From: Heterodontus francisci
Lineage: Eukaryota
Assembly: GCF_036365525.1 (NCBI RefSeq)
Contig: NC_090403.1
Coordinates: 45,261,095 to 45,325,094, forward strand
DNA length: 64,000 nucleotides
Direction of reading: 5' to 3'
This document shows positions 37,052-50,265 of this stretch, one piece after another. A model generated the notes under the pieces. It saw only the letters and a program-made list of their open reading frames with translations, searched no databases and was not told the DNA's origin. Made by a program: the position numbers and the translations under genes. The first letter of the stretch is position 1, and every line of letters begins with the position of its first letter.

Positions 37052-38945
37052 GGGGTGAAATCAAAAAGGAAATTAGGAAAGCAACGAGAGGGCATGAAAG
37101 AATATTGGCAAGCAAAACCAAGGTGAGCCCAGAGATGTTTTATCAGTACATTAAGAGTAAGAGGATAACTAAGGAGAGAGTAGGGCCCATAAAAGCCCGA
37201 AAAGGTAACCTATGTGTAGGGGCGGATGATGTTGCTATGTGTCTTAATGAATACTTTGTGTCTGTCGTCACAAAAGAGCGGGATGGTGCAGATATTGTAG
37301 TTAAGGAGGAGGAGTGTGAAGTATTGGATGTGATAAACATAGGGCAAGAGGAAGTATTAATGGGATTAGCATCCTTGAAAGTTGATAAATCACCAGGGCC
37401 AGATAAAATGACCCTAGGCTGTTTAAAAAAAGCAAGAGAGGAAATAGAAGGTCTGACTATCATTTTCCAGTCCTCATGGATACAGGTGTGGTGCCGGAGG
37501 ATTGGAGAACTGCTAACATTGTACCTCTGTTTAAAAAGGAGCGAGGGATAGACCAAATAATTACAGGCCAGTCAGTCTAACCTCAGTAGTGGGCAAATTA
37601 TCTGAGAGACAGGATAAACTGTCACTTAGAAAGGCACAGGTTAATCAAGGATAATCAGCATGAATTTGTTGAGGGAAGATCTTGTTTGACCAACTTGATC
37701 AAATTTTTTGAAGAAGTAACAAGGAAGATAGATGAGGGTAGTGCAGTTGATGTGGTCTACATGGATTTTAGCAAGGTTTTGGCAAGTCCCACATGGCAGA
37801 TTGGTTAAAAAAATAAAATGCCGTGGGATCTAGGGAAATGCAGCAAGGTGGGTACAAAATTGACTCAGTGGCAGGAAACAAAGGGTAATTGTTGATGGGT
37901 GTTTTAGCGACTTTGGAGGGCTGTTTCCAGTGATGCTCTGCAGGGCTCAGTACTGGGTCCCCTACCTTTTGTGGTGTATATTAACGATTTGAATACAAGT
38001 GTAGGGGGCATGATCAAGAAGTTTGCAGACGACCCAAAGATTGGCTGTGTGGTAGATAGCGAGGAGGGTAGCTGTAGACTGCAGGAAGATATTGATGGTT
38101 TGGTCAAATGGGCAGGAAAGTGACCAATTGAATTCAACCTGGAGAAGTATGAGGTGATGCATTTGGGGAGGTCAAACAAGGCAAAGGAATACACGATTAA
38201 TGGGAAAATACTGAGAAGTGTAGAGGAAATGAGGAACCTTGGAGTGAATGTGCACAGATCCCTGAAGGTAGCGGGACAGGTCGATAAGGTGGTTAAGAAG
38301 GCATATGGGATATTTTCCTTTATTAGCCAAGGTATAGCATACAAGAGCAGGGAGGTTATGCTGGAACTGTATAACTCATTGGTTAGGCCACAACTTGAGT
38401 ACTGTGTGCAGTTCTGGTCACCTCATTACAGAAAGGATGTAATTGCACTAGAGAGGGTACAGAGGAGATTTACGAGGAATAACCAGGACTGGAAAAATGC
38501 AGCTATGAGGAAAGATTGGATAGGCTGGGGTTGTTCTCCTTGGAACAGAGAAGTCTGAGGGGAGATCTGATTGAAGTGTACAAATGTTTGAGGGACCTGG
38601 ATAGAGTGGAAGTGAAGGGTCTAGTCACCTTAGCAGAGAGGTCAGTGACGAGGGGGCATAGATTTTAAGTGATTGGTAGAAAAATTAGAGGGGAGATGAG
38701 GAAAACTTTTTCACCCAGTGGGCGTTGGGCGTCTGGAACTTACTGCCTGAAAGGGTAGTTGAGGCAGAAACCGTCAACTCATTCAAAAGGAGTCTGGATA
38801 TGCACCTCAAGTGCCGTAATCTGCAGGGCTACGGACCAAATGCTGGGAGATGGGAATAGAATAGGTGGATCGTTTATTGGCCGGCACAGACACAATGGGC
38901 CAAGTGGCCTCTTTCTGTGCCTTAAACCTTCTATGATTCTATGAC
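37052..38945 (+). mobile_element. CR1 LINE, 5'-truncated and degraded
   Basis: KSKRITKERVGPI, KVDKSPGPD, KFADD, LVRPQLEYCVQFWSP. Tail ttctatgattctatga. Confidence 0.9.
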
Positions 38946-41900
38946 GGTTTGTGAGTAAGTAGTGGGGGGGGGTTGGGAGAAGTGAAATGTTGCCTCATAT
39001 GGGGAACCAAAGTATGACTGCCACCTTGGTGAGTGGAGAAGGTTAGCAATGGGATTTTGTGAATCGGTGGGGTGATGCAGGGAATTTTTCACTGAACACA
39101 GGGTATCCATTTAACAACGAGAGTAGAGTTTTCCAGTATGAATGTTGTGGCATTTCTCCATATGCTGGGAGATTGGGAGGGGCGGGTGGAATGGAGGCTA
39201 GAGGTTTCAATATTCATGTGTAGGCTGTCGATGTGGCTTCTTCTTTCAGCATGTGCATGCATTTCAGCTTCTTTGCACAAGAGTGGGTCTTAGCTTGCTG
39301 GCCAAGTGGTCCACAATTCATTCCAATGTCTGTGTGGGGTTTTCAATGGAAAATCTGTTTCTCGATTGATGGTTACACCCAGTCCAATCCATGGTCCTCT
39401 CTACTGAGAAGTTCACTGCTCCATCTTTTTTCTGGCTGTGTTAGGCTGTAGCATACCTCAGCAGCCACTTCATTTGTTTTATTTCAACTAATCATTTCAT
39501 TGAGTTTCTGTGTCAAGCTTCCCTACTTTTATTTTGTGTTTAATATTCCTTTGTGAGTTTTTTTTTTACCAGAATCTGTTCTTCCTCACCTTCCTTTTTC
39601 CTTTTGGAGCTTACAAAGACCGTTTGTATACTTTTGGTTCGTATATCTGTTCCTGCCCTCATCTCCTGATGGTGGCGATTCATCCTTGGGCACAGATCGA
39701 TGGGCATGAACAGGGTGTTAGTATCTCACCCAAATTGCCATTCTGCATAAGTAGACTTGCCCGAAGTTGGCAAACTGTTTGATTGGGGGTTCAGTGCTGC
39801 GGTCAGTCCCAATGATGTTCTCCTCTGACACCCATTCACATGCTTTAATTCGGGATTACTAGATCCTTCAGGATACTGAGCCCTCCCTTGTATTGATGAG
39901 TCAGTACAATGCCAGCAGTACATTCATCCGTGGAACCATCAAGGACAGCTTTTGATTTATTTTAATGCCTCCAAGGCAGCGCAAATCTATATTTACATCT
40001 CTGCTGTTGTTCCTTTTGCTCCACAATCATTAAAAATTGTCGCCTGCACAGGGGAAAAAATACATGAGAAAATGAAGTGGAACAAAGCAATTTACTGTAG
40101 TTTGGTGTTAAAAATAATAATAGTAAAGAGAGCTTCAACCATGGGCTCACGAGTCAGAAAGCAATGCTGTACCGAGAGCTTTTCAAAAAATACAATGAGA
40201 CAGTGAAGGTCTGTTAGCATCATTGCACTAAAAACAGCTTCAGTCAGGCAGACCTACATCCAGAATTGGTAAGCCGGCAAGTATGTACGGTGAACGTCAC
40301 ACAGAGAAGCTCTTTCATTTCAGAGGAATGTTATGATTCTTGTACGAAAGAAAATAAATTGACCAGCTCTCATCTTTCACCCTCCTTTCAGGCATCCTCT
40401 GCCAGTCTGGTAGATATAGCTGGGGAGAACGGGAGGCACTATCAGAGGCAGGAAAGATGAATAACTCTATTTAAGTTCTTGTGTTCCGAAGGTGCTGCCT
40501 TGCATGTTAATGCAGACAGGAAAAGGAGAGGGATTCTCGGGACGTGATTGATGCAGTTGTGCCCCCTCGTTCTGGAGGCTTCCTGTGCTTTGGCAGCTCC
40601 GCAGTTTACACTGAGCTAATCCTGAAGAGAAAAAGAGTGCGAGTGTGCGTTACACTGTGAAGAGAGATATTTGAACTTCAGTCACTTGTGTTCCCTCCCC
40701 TATAATTGTCATGCTGATTTTTCTCTATTGTCCGTGGGACCTTTGGTGGGAAAGGCTATGGCTGTTAATTCTCATCTCCCCTTGTGATTGGGTTAAACGA
40801 GACCAGTAGCTGCAGAGGACATTCTGCTCCCCTAAAGGCAAAAGCACTGGAGCGCTGAGTTTTAAGGTGTAACTGTAGCATTTGGAATTAAGTTGGCCGG
40901 GAGAGGTATTCTTTTCAAGGAGGGCTTTGTTTTGGCTGATTTCCCAACATTTGAACAAACAGCAGGATTCCAACAACTTCATCTTATGAAAAAAAAATGC
41001 TGCTCGGTAAGTAAGAAAAGCAATGGGAACTTTAAGCACAGTGGATAGTGGAATTTCTGCTGCTTTCTGGCAAAGCAATAGCATTTCTCAGCTTGTGATT
41101 ATATAGACAGCAACACGACAGAAAAGTCGCACAGCCTTTTTCAGTGCTGAGCAAGGTTGAAGCTGTATTCAATCTCAGTTTACTCACTATGATAAAGTAT
41201 GGCCACGTTACCTTTTAAATGAATTTCCGCAGAGCTCATTATACTGTGCTTGTTATCTTAAGTGCTCATCACCGAAAAAAAATATTTGGTAGAAGCCGAA
41301 ACAGTCAACCACTTGCGAGGCATCCCATTTTACTGCAACACACCAGCAAGCTGACTGGTCGGAGTGCTCCTTGTTGGTCTGGTTAATAAGGCATAAAATG
41401 TTTGATAATCACTTACAGCAGATATTCAGTTACATCCAGATTCTACTGTGCTTGAAACATTAGTGGCTAAGGGAATTATTAAGGTTTATTAAGGTCATTG
41501 TTCCAAGAGGAAAGTCCTCCGATTTAAAAGTAGGATGTTGTCTGGTGGTGGCTTTGAGAAATCTGTGAATGGGCAATGTGACCTTATGTGTTGAAGTGTG
41601 CTGGTCTCAGATGAGCATCAGCCAGACAGCAGTTGTCATTACCTGTGCTATCATTTCAACCACATGTAATTAAAGGTGAACTTCACATATTTCTTTTATT
41701 TCATACTCATATAAGTTGTTGGCCAGAGAACGGACAGATGTGGCCTTTCAGCCCTACAAAATGGAATGCTGCAACTGTACATTTTAATCTTAAAACCACA
41801 TGTTGGAGGAAAAATACTTTTCTTCAATAAATAATTTATCTTGAATATGCATAAAATAGAATGAAAAATGCTTGACACTTTTTAACAAAAAAAAGTATGA

Positions 41901-42273
41901 AATCAATCTGCTACTGAGTAGCTCAGGGCTCTTTTTTTTTACCATGAAACAACCTTTGATTAACATCCAGTCATGATGTCAGGCATGAGATAGTAATCTC
42001 GAGTCATGTAGCTGCAAGCTCTATAATGCCTTTTATTCAATAAGGTAGAATTACCTGAATGTAGCTACATTCTTTTTAAAATGTAATCACCACTGGCGAC
42101 TGCTTGAAAATATTGCATGTGTCTTTCCTTTTAATGTCCGGAAGGCAGCACGGGGTCGGGGAGGTGCTGGTGGGTGGCCAGCCCCAGTATTGGAATGAGC
42201 CCCTGTTCCGCCTGTTGCTGTGCTGGGTTCAAAATTTACTTCAAGTTGGTGCAGGGCTCTGAAGCAGTGCGGC

Positions 42274-42609
42274 CTGGCTTGCCAACTCTGAATGTATTCC
42301 TGGAGGTTTCATCACATGACCTCCTGCCTATAATTGCCCACCCCCCCAGTCACTTGATCTGATCCTCCTTGCAGTGCACTGCCTTCCCATGCCAATTGGA
42401 AAGCAAACAAGCTCTTTCTCACCCAATTTGATAATGCTTGATTGTCAGTCAAACACCCTCGTCTCCAAGATTTTTGCAACTAATGGTCAAAGAAAATGAA
42501 AACAATTGCACTTTTTTAGCATGCCTGTGATTTTTCTCCTGGGCTACCGGTAGCAGTGCCCTGGAGATTGGACTTTAATTCCTGGAGACTGGAGGGTTGG
42601 CAACCCTTA
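42274..42609. mobile_element. Possible hAT-type MITE (AGGGTTGCCAAC-type TIR) next to a Deu-SINE remnant
   Basis: Left tggcttgccaac, right gttggcaaccct. Approximate 8-bp TSD agtgcggc / agtgctgc. Confidence 0.45.
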
Positions 42610-42829
42610 AGTGCTGCACCGTCAGAGGTACTATCTTTTGGATGAAACATTAAAGTGAGGCCCAACCCGTGTGCAGCTGTGTGGCTGCCTGATGTTTCAC
42701 GCTTCCTGCCATGTGTACAGTCAATGGAAGGCAGTGGCCTATGGATGTGGTGCTGTGTCAAGAGATGGTGATTTCATCTGTGCCAACTCTAACCATGCCC
42801 CTAACACTCGCTACTGACATATGGATGAA

Positions 42830-42915
42830 AATGGAATAGTGTGGGTCAGATGGTTTCACAGGTCGGTGCAACATCGAGGGCCGAAGGGCCTGTACTGCGC
42901 TGTAATGTTCTATAT
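42830..42915 (+). mobile_element. Short CR1 3' tail
   Basis: gagggccgaagggcctgtactgcgctgtaatgttcta. Confidence 0.65.
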
Positions 42916-45900
42916 CTACTGTTACCTCGCACCTACTGATAACTGAGCTAACAGACCTGATGGCACCAATGAGAGCAGTAAAGCCATGAGTAATGGTTCT
43001 CCTGATGCAATTAGAGGCTAGAAAGGAAAGCTGTCACCATCGTGGAGCCAAACCTTCTCGAGAACAACCTGAGCATTCACCAAAGAAGCACCCTGGCAAT
43101 TGGCAGCTGCCACTGGATGCTCTGTGCAAATGCTCATGGAGATGGACTACTCTATATTCTGCAAATGGATTCATCAAGGCTGTGTAAATGTGAGTAGTGG
43201 ACCCCTCCATCAGGTGCTGCAAGTTAGCTGGTGCATTCCCCAATGATTGGTGCGAACTTACGTGCTCAGCATACACTGTTTATTTCGAATCAGGGCATGG
43301 ATCCCAGGGCTCAATAGGTGAATGTAAGCTTCCCCTTTGGGCTGCTATTTTTCCTTCACCACTGTCAGCTGCTCCTGCACAACTGTCCCTCATGCGTCAC
43401 CAATAGGAAGCAATCCCAATTATTATTGGTGGATGATTCTGAGCTGATGTTCACAAGGGTAGGACTGGATGATGCTGGATACCGCGAGGTGCTGGCCAAA
43501 TCTTGGCCACTGGGTAGTGGCTCAGGTTCCTGGGTATACCTAGAGAGAGGAGGTCACACGATTATCATCAAGGCAACTTTTGAAATTTAGCTTGCAGCAT
43601 AATGGTATTGTGTTTGAGTGCAGTGAGTAGGCTGAGCTTTAGAAGGAAAATGCTAAAAACTTGGCTGCTGGGGAGCCTCCAACTTCACAATCATCAACTA
43701 CCTAAGTGGGACATGGCAATGATCTGGATGAGGGCCTTCTCAAAATAGCTGAATGGCTCTCCTCTTGTTTACATCTCCTGTTATGTGCAGTATCCTCCCG
43801 CAAATGAAGAAACTGAGTTGCGAGGTTCAATAGTCAGGAGAAAACATAATATTCAAGTGTCAGAATGCAACCTATTGTGGATGTGATAGCATTGTACATC
43901 ATGAAAATTTGTTACGATGGAAGGAATTGTTTGAGATGAATCCCTTTAAGGGTATGATTGAAGGAACACTTACAAGTGTAAGTTATTGGTGCATAATTTC
44001 CATGCATAGTTATCCTTCAAAGTACCACAAGGTAGTGGGAGGGAGAATTCAGCATTGACATGTGATGTTATCTCTTCATATGCACTCTGTGCCACATGTC
44101 TGTTTGGTGAAGTCCTGGGGCAACAAAGAGTGCCACTGTTCTTTGGTTCATTTACTATGAAACATCGGTGATTCTGAGGCCTCTTGGTATTGTTTCACTG
44201 GAAGTTGACATTTTGTTTGTCACTAAAAATTATACAGTGAAGCTTTATGTAGTTTGACCATCAAAAGGTAACCTCTTGAAGGTGATGCTACGGGGCTTTA
44301 AAATCTACCACAAGGATAGATTTTCCAAATCTTTCTCTGCTTCTTCCCCCACCACCCTCCACAAACAACACTCTCAACCCTCCTAACTGGAAGCTGTATC
44401 CATACTGAGAGTGCTGTCAAATTATTACAATGAGAATGACCTCAGAACTTCCACCCACATTCAAAACCTCCAATCAGTTTGTGTGATAATGGCTCCAAAC
44501 CCATCTCCTGTCAGAGCTACACATGGACCCACACATCACCTCTGTTGTCAGAGTAGAGTAGAGGCCCAGAGGTGAATGTTGGAAATGTTAGTATGAATGA
44601 ATGTACTGGAGTTTTCCTGGCTAGCTTTAGGAGATCAGCCAGTATTTATATAGCATTTTTGTTCAGGAGATTAAATGGACAGGGCAGAAACCACAATAGG
44701 GCTGAATGTCAATGGTCAAATAATGTGCCCCGCGAGAGAGCTTGATGGGTCCATGTTCCCTTTCATAGTTTACTACCAAAGCTTGGGAAACAAAAAGTAA
44801 AGGTGTGAGAGAAATCTAAAAGAGTCTCGATGTTCACATTCAAATTTCCTCAATACTGAAGAAGATGGAGAGAAGTCTAGGTAGAGACTGGGGAGGTGGA
44901 AACCTTAGCCTTTCATACTAAATCCTGGAAGATTCACTTAAAGAAGACAGGTCAAGTCCTGTTTTTGTTGGGACAGATCTGCTTGCCAAGTTCTCCTGTT
45001 TTTGTTCTGTTAGAAAGCCCACATCAAGGACATGCATAAAAAAGTGCAACTGATTACAGTGGTAGAAGAGAAATGTGGAGAGATGCCTGGCAATTTATGA
45101 ATGTTCACCTTTCATCTGTATTTCTATAATTAATTTAAATGTTAATCTTTTGTGGCATTCAGGGGAGGGATAGATGGGAGAGAGGAATCCTCATTATGTA
45201 TTTTCTGACTATGACAGAAAAAAAAAATCACTGTAGCATGAACAGGATAAAACGTGGCTTTATATAGTATTTACAGGAAGGCTGAAAAAACAGATTTAAA
45301 CTTTTTTTTTCTCTCAAGTGATTCATGAAGATTAAGTGTAAAATTGACTTCTTTTGAGGCAGTTCTAATATTTAAAATCTGCTGAGCAAGCAGATTATCC
45401 CACGAAGTGTTCAGAATTGTTATGCTGTAAAATACAATTACTTTTGCACAATGTCAGTCCAGAAAAATTAAATAACCCATTAATTTCAGGTTTTCAACAT
45501 TCAGGGCTTTCCTTCCTATTTCCATTTATTATGGACACTAGTCCAGGATAAGGTTGAATTTCTCAGTTTCAGTTTTACATCATGAAGGCCACAATTTTTG
45601 GGAATAAAATATGTTCAACACTTCTTGGAGGAAAATAGTTACTTTCCTCCCTGAGCAAATAATGTGTGCACTTCAGTCTGTGCAATAAGGTGAGACTTTT
45701 AACATGCGCTTGTCATGTTTAATGTGTGTCATTCTTCACAAGCCTATGCAATGGCATGATGCAATTTTACAGGAATGAACAGTGGAGTGGCACATGTTTG
45801 ATAGAAATCCATTGCAGCAAGTGCACAGCTTTCTTTCTTTGCAATATAAAAAATAATCCAAGATCAGTTTCCTCCTTCTGGCTTGTGAGGGTTAACGCAC

Positions 45901-47989
45901 AAAGTAATCTTTTGAGATTGCCCATGACTGCAGAGTCACTAGTGTACCCTTTATGCAATGCATCAGCAGTGTCAGGTGCTTACAGCTGAGATTTTGTGAT
46001 GATACAGAGACATAAAATAAAAACAGTAGTGGGTAGTGGAGGGAAGTAGTGTTTTTGTGGTATCTGCAGAATAGTATTCTCCTCTCAATGTCCTGTAGCC
46101 TCGCAGTCAAATGTTATAGTCACATGCATTATACTATTCATGCTGACCATTTGAGACATGTCCTGGCTGTACTCAAATATTATGCTAAGCTAGGCTGATG
46201 ACACTTAATATATTATGGTCTAGCTGTGAGTTTTCTACAGACCGTTGTGCTCGGACTGTAAGTGACATTATAATCAGTCTATATGGTCAACACCAACAGC
46301 ATAACTCCACAGTGGCGATAGTACTTGGTTTGAACCAAATGCCTCCACCTAACCTATTTGATACCATCCAAACACACCATGCAGTAATAGAGCCTAACAC
46401 CAGTATCATGGAATAAACCATTGCATTTGAGATTTTGCTCTTCTGGTTAAAGGTTTATAAAAGCCGAGGTGTGAGATTAATAAAGGAGGCTAAAATGCAA
46501 ATGCAAAAGTCAAACAAAAGAACAGTGTGATTAAAAACAAAACCACATTAAAATTTCAATAAATTTACCATATATTGACTACTTGTCATAGCTGATTGCT
46601 AAATTTTACATCTGTTGTTTCTCTACTGTGAGCTGAGTTCATTAAGCACCAAATCAATCCAAATTCACTTATTGTTAATAGGACTTTAGAGTGAAGTAAG
46701 ATATAGAGAGTGTGATTAGAATAATGTATTCTGGTGTCAGTTCGATAAAGTGAGCATTGTTGCATTCAGTTTTAGCAGCTGCTTGGCTGGAGTACAAATT
46801 TTCTCCAGGACAGATGGATTTTACTGGGAAATTAAAATTGATTTGAAGTGTTCATTTTTTTTTCCTTGTGTATAACCTTAGGTTCCATGATGTAATGGCG
46901 AAGAGTAACGCCAAAATACAATGGCTTATGAGATAACAGGTTGTTACTGTCTCATTTTCATGATAAATGTAAAGATAACAAACTGAGTTGCACTTTAGTG
47001 ATCAAAAAGCAAAAGGGGTTGAAATTGGTCCATGTTGCACCCATTTTCTGGGCGGAAACAGGGGTTAAAAAGTATGAATTTTGCAGGGCTATGCCATATG
47101 CCACAAGGATGCCGGAATCACATCTGATGCAATATTGACCTCGGACATTTTTTAGGTGTCCTAAACAGGTGTTGGGCCCCTTCCATATTCTAGCGAGGGA
47201 GTTGATGTCTGTTGAAGGGCTGCTCAGCAAAATCCATCAGCGCGGAGCGAAGAGGTTGACTGTTAGACTGAAAGCGTGTCATAGAACATAATCTGATTCG
47301 GAATTCGATGTTGATACACATCAGGTCTGTGAAAGTGGATTCTGGGCAAAATTAGGAAAACGTTTACAATTGGATCCAGCTTGCTAAACACTTCTCTTAA
47401 CCTTCTTTACTGATGGACAAGGTCATTTTTATTGACCAACCTTTTTTTGAACCAACATCAAATAAACAGACAGCAATTACATTATAAAGTGCTCTTTTAA
47501 ATTAAATATACCTATTTATTTTTTGCAACATTTTAACAAAAATTCATGGTTTTGGATGTTTTCATCTTATTTTCTGAAATGTCAAAAATAATGGGACAGA
47601 TTTAATTCAGAGAGTCAGTGACTTTACCACCAAGCAAAGTGTTTGTTACATTCTGATACATATTTAATGCAACAGGATAATTACTGCTTTGGAATTAAAA
47701 ACTATCAATTAAACCAATTATTTAAGGGCAGCTCTATTATCTTAAGTGCAGTGGCCATATTCCAAGCTTTTGAAATGCATAAATGATACCAACACCACTG
47801 TCATATTTAGAATAACCCTACTGACAGACAACACACAGTCCAATCATGGTAGCCACTATGCTGTCTTAAAAAGAAACAGGAAACGTGACACACAAGTGCA
47901 GGACAGCAAAGAAATGGATGTAACCTCATGGAAAGCTGTACAGGACATGAATGAACTACCAGACCCAGTGAGAGAAGCAGTGCATTTGG

Positions 47990-48870
47990 AAGAATGAGTT
48001 CACCAGGGAGTTAATTAAAGAGCAATGTGAATACTGGCTACAGATTGGGAAAGCTTGCCAGTGACTCCAGATGCCCTGTCTATGGCTGTTAGTCACAGCA
48101 GTCATCATTTTTTTTTGATTGCAAAGTCTCTTAAGGCATCAGGAGGGTATCATAATGGGTTTAGCCAAAGCACCATGTCCAGCTGCATTGCAGCAGGAAC
48201 TGAGGGGCAATGATGGAAGGTCAACAATTTCATTCATTTCTCCAAGTGAGAAAAGCAGTTGGACACATAGCTAAAACAAAAAAAAAATGGTTTTACAAGA
48301 GTCCTGGATGTGACAAATTGGTGACCTTGGTGTCATCGGTCAATTAAATGGCATCTAAGGGTTTCCACTCCTTCATTAAGCAATTGGCATGCAATTCCCA
48401 TCAAATTATTCTCCTAATGACTGTCAAATTCTTGAGGTCAAAACATATGTCTTCCATTCTTAGCCTGTTTTATTTGAATGAAATGACCAATTTCACACTG
48501 GCTTTTAAGAGACCACATCTTATCACCATGCTACATTATGCCAAACAGGGGCAACTAGGAACATGGACTAATGTAGTTTGTTAAACGTTAAATATTTAGC
48601 TGTTAATACAATGATCTCCATGAGTTGATGGTTCTAGAGGTATATTGGCAGCATGAACCATCCAAAATGGATAACTTTCTATTGAACTACTTACTGTATT
48701 ACTTGCCATTCTCGTTGGCTCTAACATTGATAGTAGCAAGAACCAGACTTGTTATGGATCAGGTGGAGCTGCATCTGCCTGCATTAAGGATGATGACGAG
48801 GAAGCCTGTTGTAACTTCATTTTGTGGCATTTCAGTTAAAGGAATTTTTCTTATCAATGTGACCTTCATC
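47990..48870 (+). pseudogene. Degraded PIF/Harbinger (HARBI1-like) DDE transposase
   Basis: Collinear peptides with frameshifts and stops: ALSMAV-VTAVIIFF, GFSQSTMSSCIAAGTEG*WKVNNFIHF, KGFHSFIKQLACNSHQIILLMTVKFLRSKHMSSIL. They resemble Harbinger motifs GISQxSxSRC...FIxFP and RKGxHSxNxQxVCD...PGSxHDxxIL. Confidence 0.68.
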
Positions 48871-49825
48871 ACATTTAACATGGCCCCTTTTTGATAGCTA
48901 TTACACACTGGAATACCTGATGACTGTAAACCAGTGTACCCTTCGACAGCACCTTCCAAACCCGCGACCTCTACCAACTAGAAGGACAAGGGCAGCAAAT
49001 ACATGGGAACACCACCACCTGCATGTTCCCCTCCAAGTCACACACCATCCTGAACTATATCGCCGTTCCTTCACTGTCGCTCGGTCAAAATCCTGGAACT
49101 CCCTTTCTAACAGCACTGTGGGTGTACCTACCCCACATGGACTGCAGCGGTTCAAGAACAAAGAAAATTACAGCACAGGAACAGGCCCTTCAGCCCTCCA
49201 AGCCTGCGCCAATCCAGATCCTCTATCTAAACCTGTCACCTATTTTCTAAGGGTCTGTATCTCTTTGCTTTCTGCCCATTCATATATCTGTCTAGATACA
49301 TCTTAAAAGGCGCTATCGTGCCCGCGTCTACCACCTCCGCTGGCAACGTGTTCCAGGCTCCCACCACCCTCTGCGTAAAGAACTTTCCACGCATATCCCC
49401 CCTAAACTTTGCCCCTCTCACTTTGAACTCGTGACCCCTAGTAATTGAATCCCCCACTCTGGGGAAAAAGCTTCTTGCTATCCACCCTGTCTATACCTCT
49501 CATGATTTTGTACACCTCAATCAGCTCACCACCACCTTCTCAAGGGCAATTAGGGATGGGCAATAAATGCTGGCCTGGCCAGCGACGCCCACATCCCGTG
49601 AATGAATTTTTAAAAAGTAAGAACCAGACCTGTTATGGATCAGGTGGAGCTGCATCTGCCTGCATTAAGGATGATGACGAGGAAGACTGTTACAACTTCA
49701 TTTTGTGGCATTTCAGTTAAAGGAATTTTTCTTACCAATGTGACCGTCATCACATTTAACATGGCCCCTTTTTGATCAGCTATTACACACTGGGGTACCT
49801 GATGACTGTAAACCAGTGTACCCTT
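48735..49825. repeat. About 209-bp direct repeat (48735-48943 and 49616-49825) bracketing a LINE insertion
   Basis: Both copies read aagaaccagac...ccagtgtaccctt, with roughly ten differences by eye. Confidence 0.93.
48944..49615 (+). mobile_element. 3' fragment of the second CR1/L2-group LINE, containing a nested minus-strand CR1 3' fragment (about 49157-49523)
   Basis: Matches 31115-31400 on both sides of the insert. The insert translates as ITRGHEFKVRGAKFRGDMRGKFFTQRVV. Confidence 0.85.
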
Positions 49826-50265
49826 ACCCATTTCTATCACACATATATGGACTAAACTGTCTTTCCATGTAATCACTACCAATGAATAAAACAAATACGT
49901 AGGATTAAATGTAAAATTGTTTGTCATCAAAATGTATCTGTATCCCTGTTATGCATTTGTATGTTTTATCTCATGAGATCCTAATACATCTGTTCACTGA
50001 ACATCTGTGTTCCTAAGTGTAACTCTTGTGATCAGGTTAAGTGAACAAATGACTTGAAATGAATTGTTTCTTTTTTCTAGATTCATATTTGCTTGATTGT
50101 CACACTATCAACAACGTTTTCTCAGAAACCAGAAACTAATTAAAAATGCATGATTAGTTGTAAATAAGGAGCAAATCGCAGTTCATGTAAGTCATTGTAT
50201 CCAATTTAGTAGGTTGCTTCAGGTGCAAGTGGAGTGGGAGCTATTCCAGATCCAACAGAAACTGT

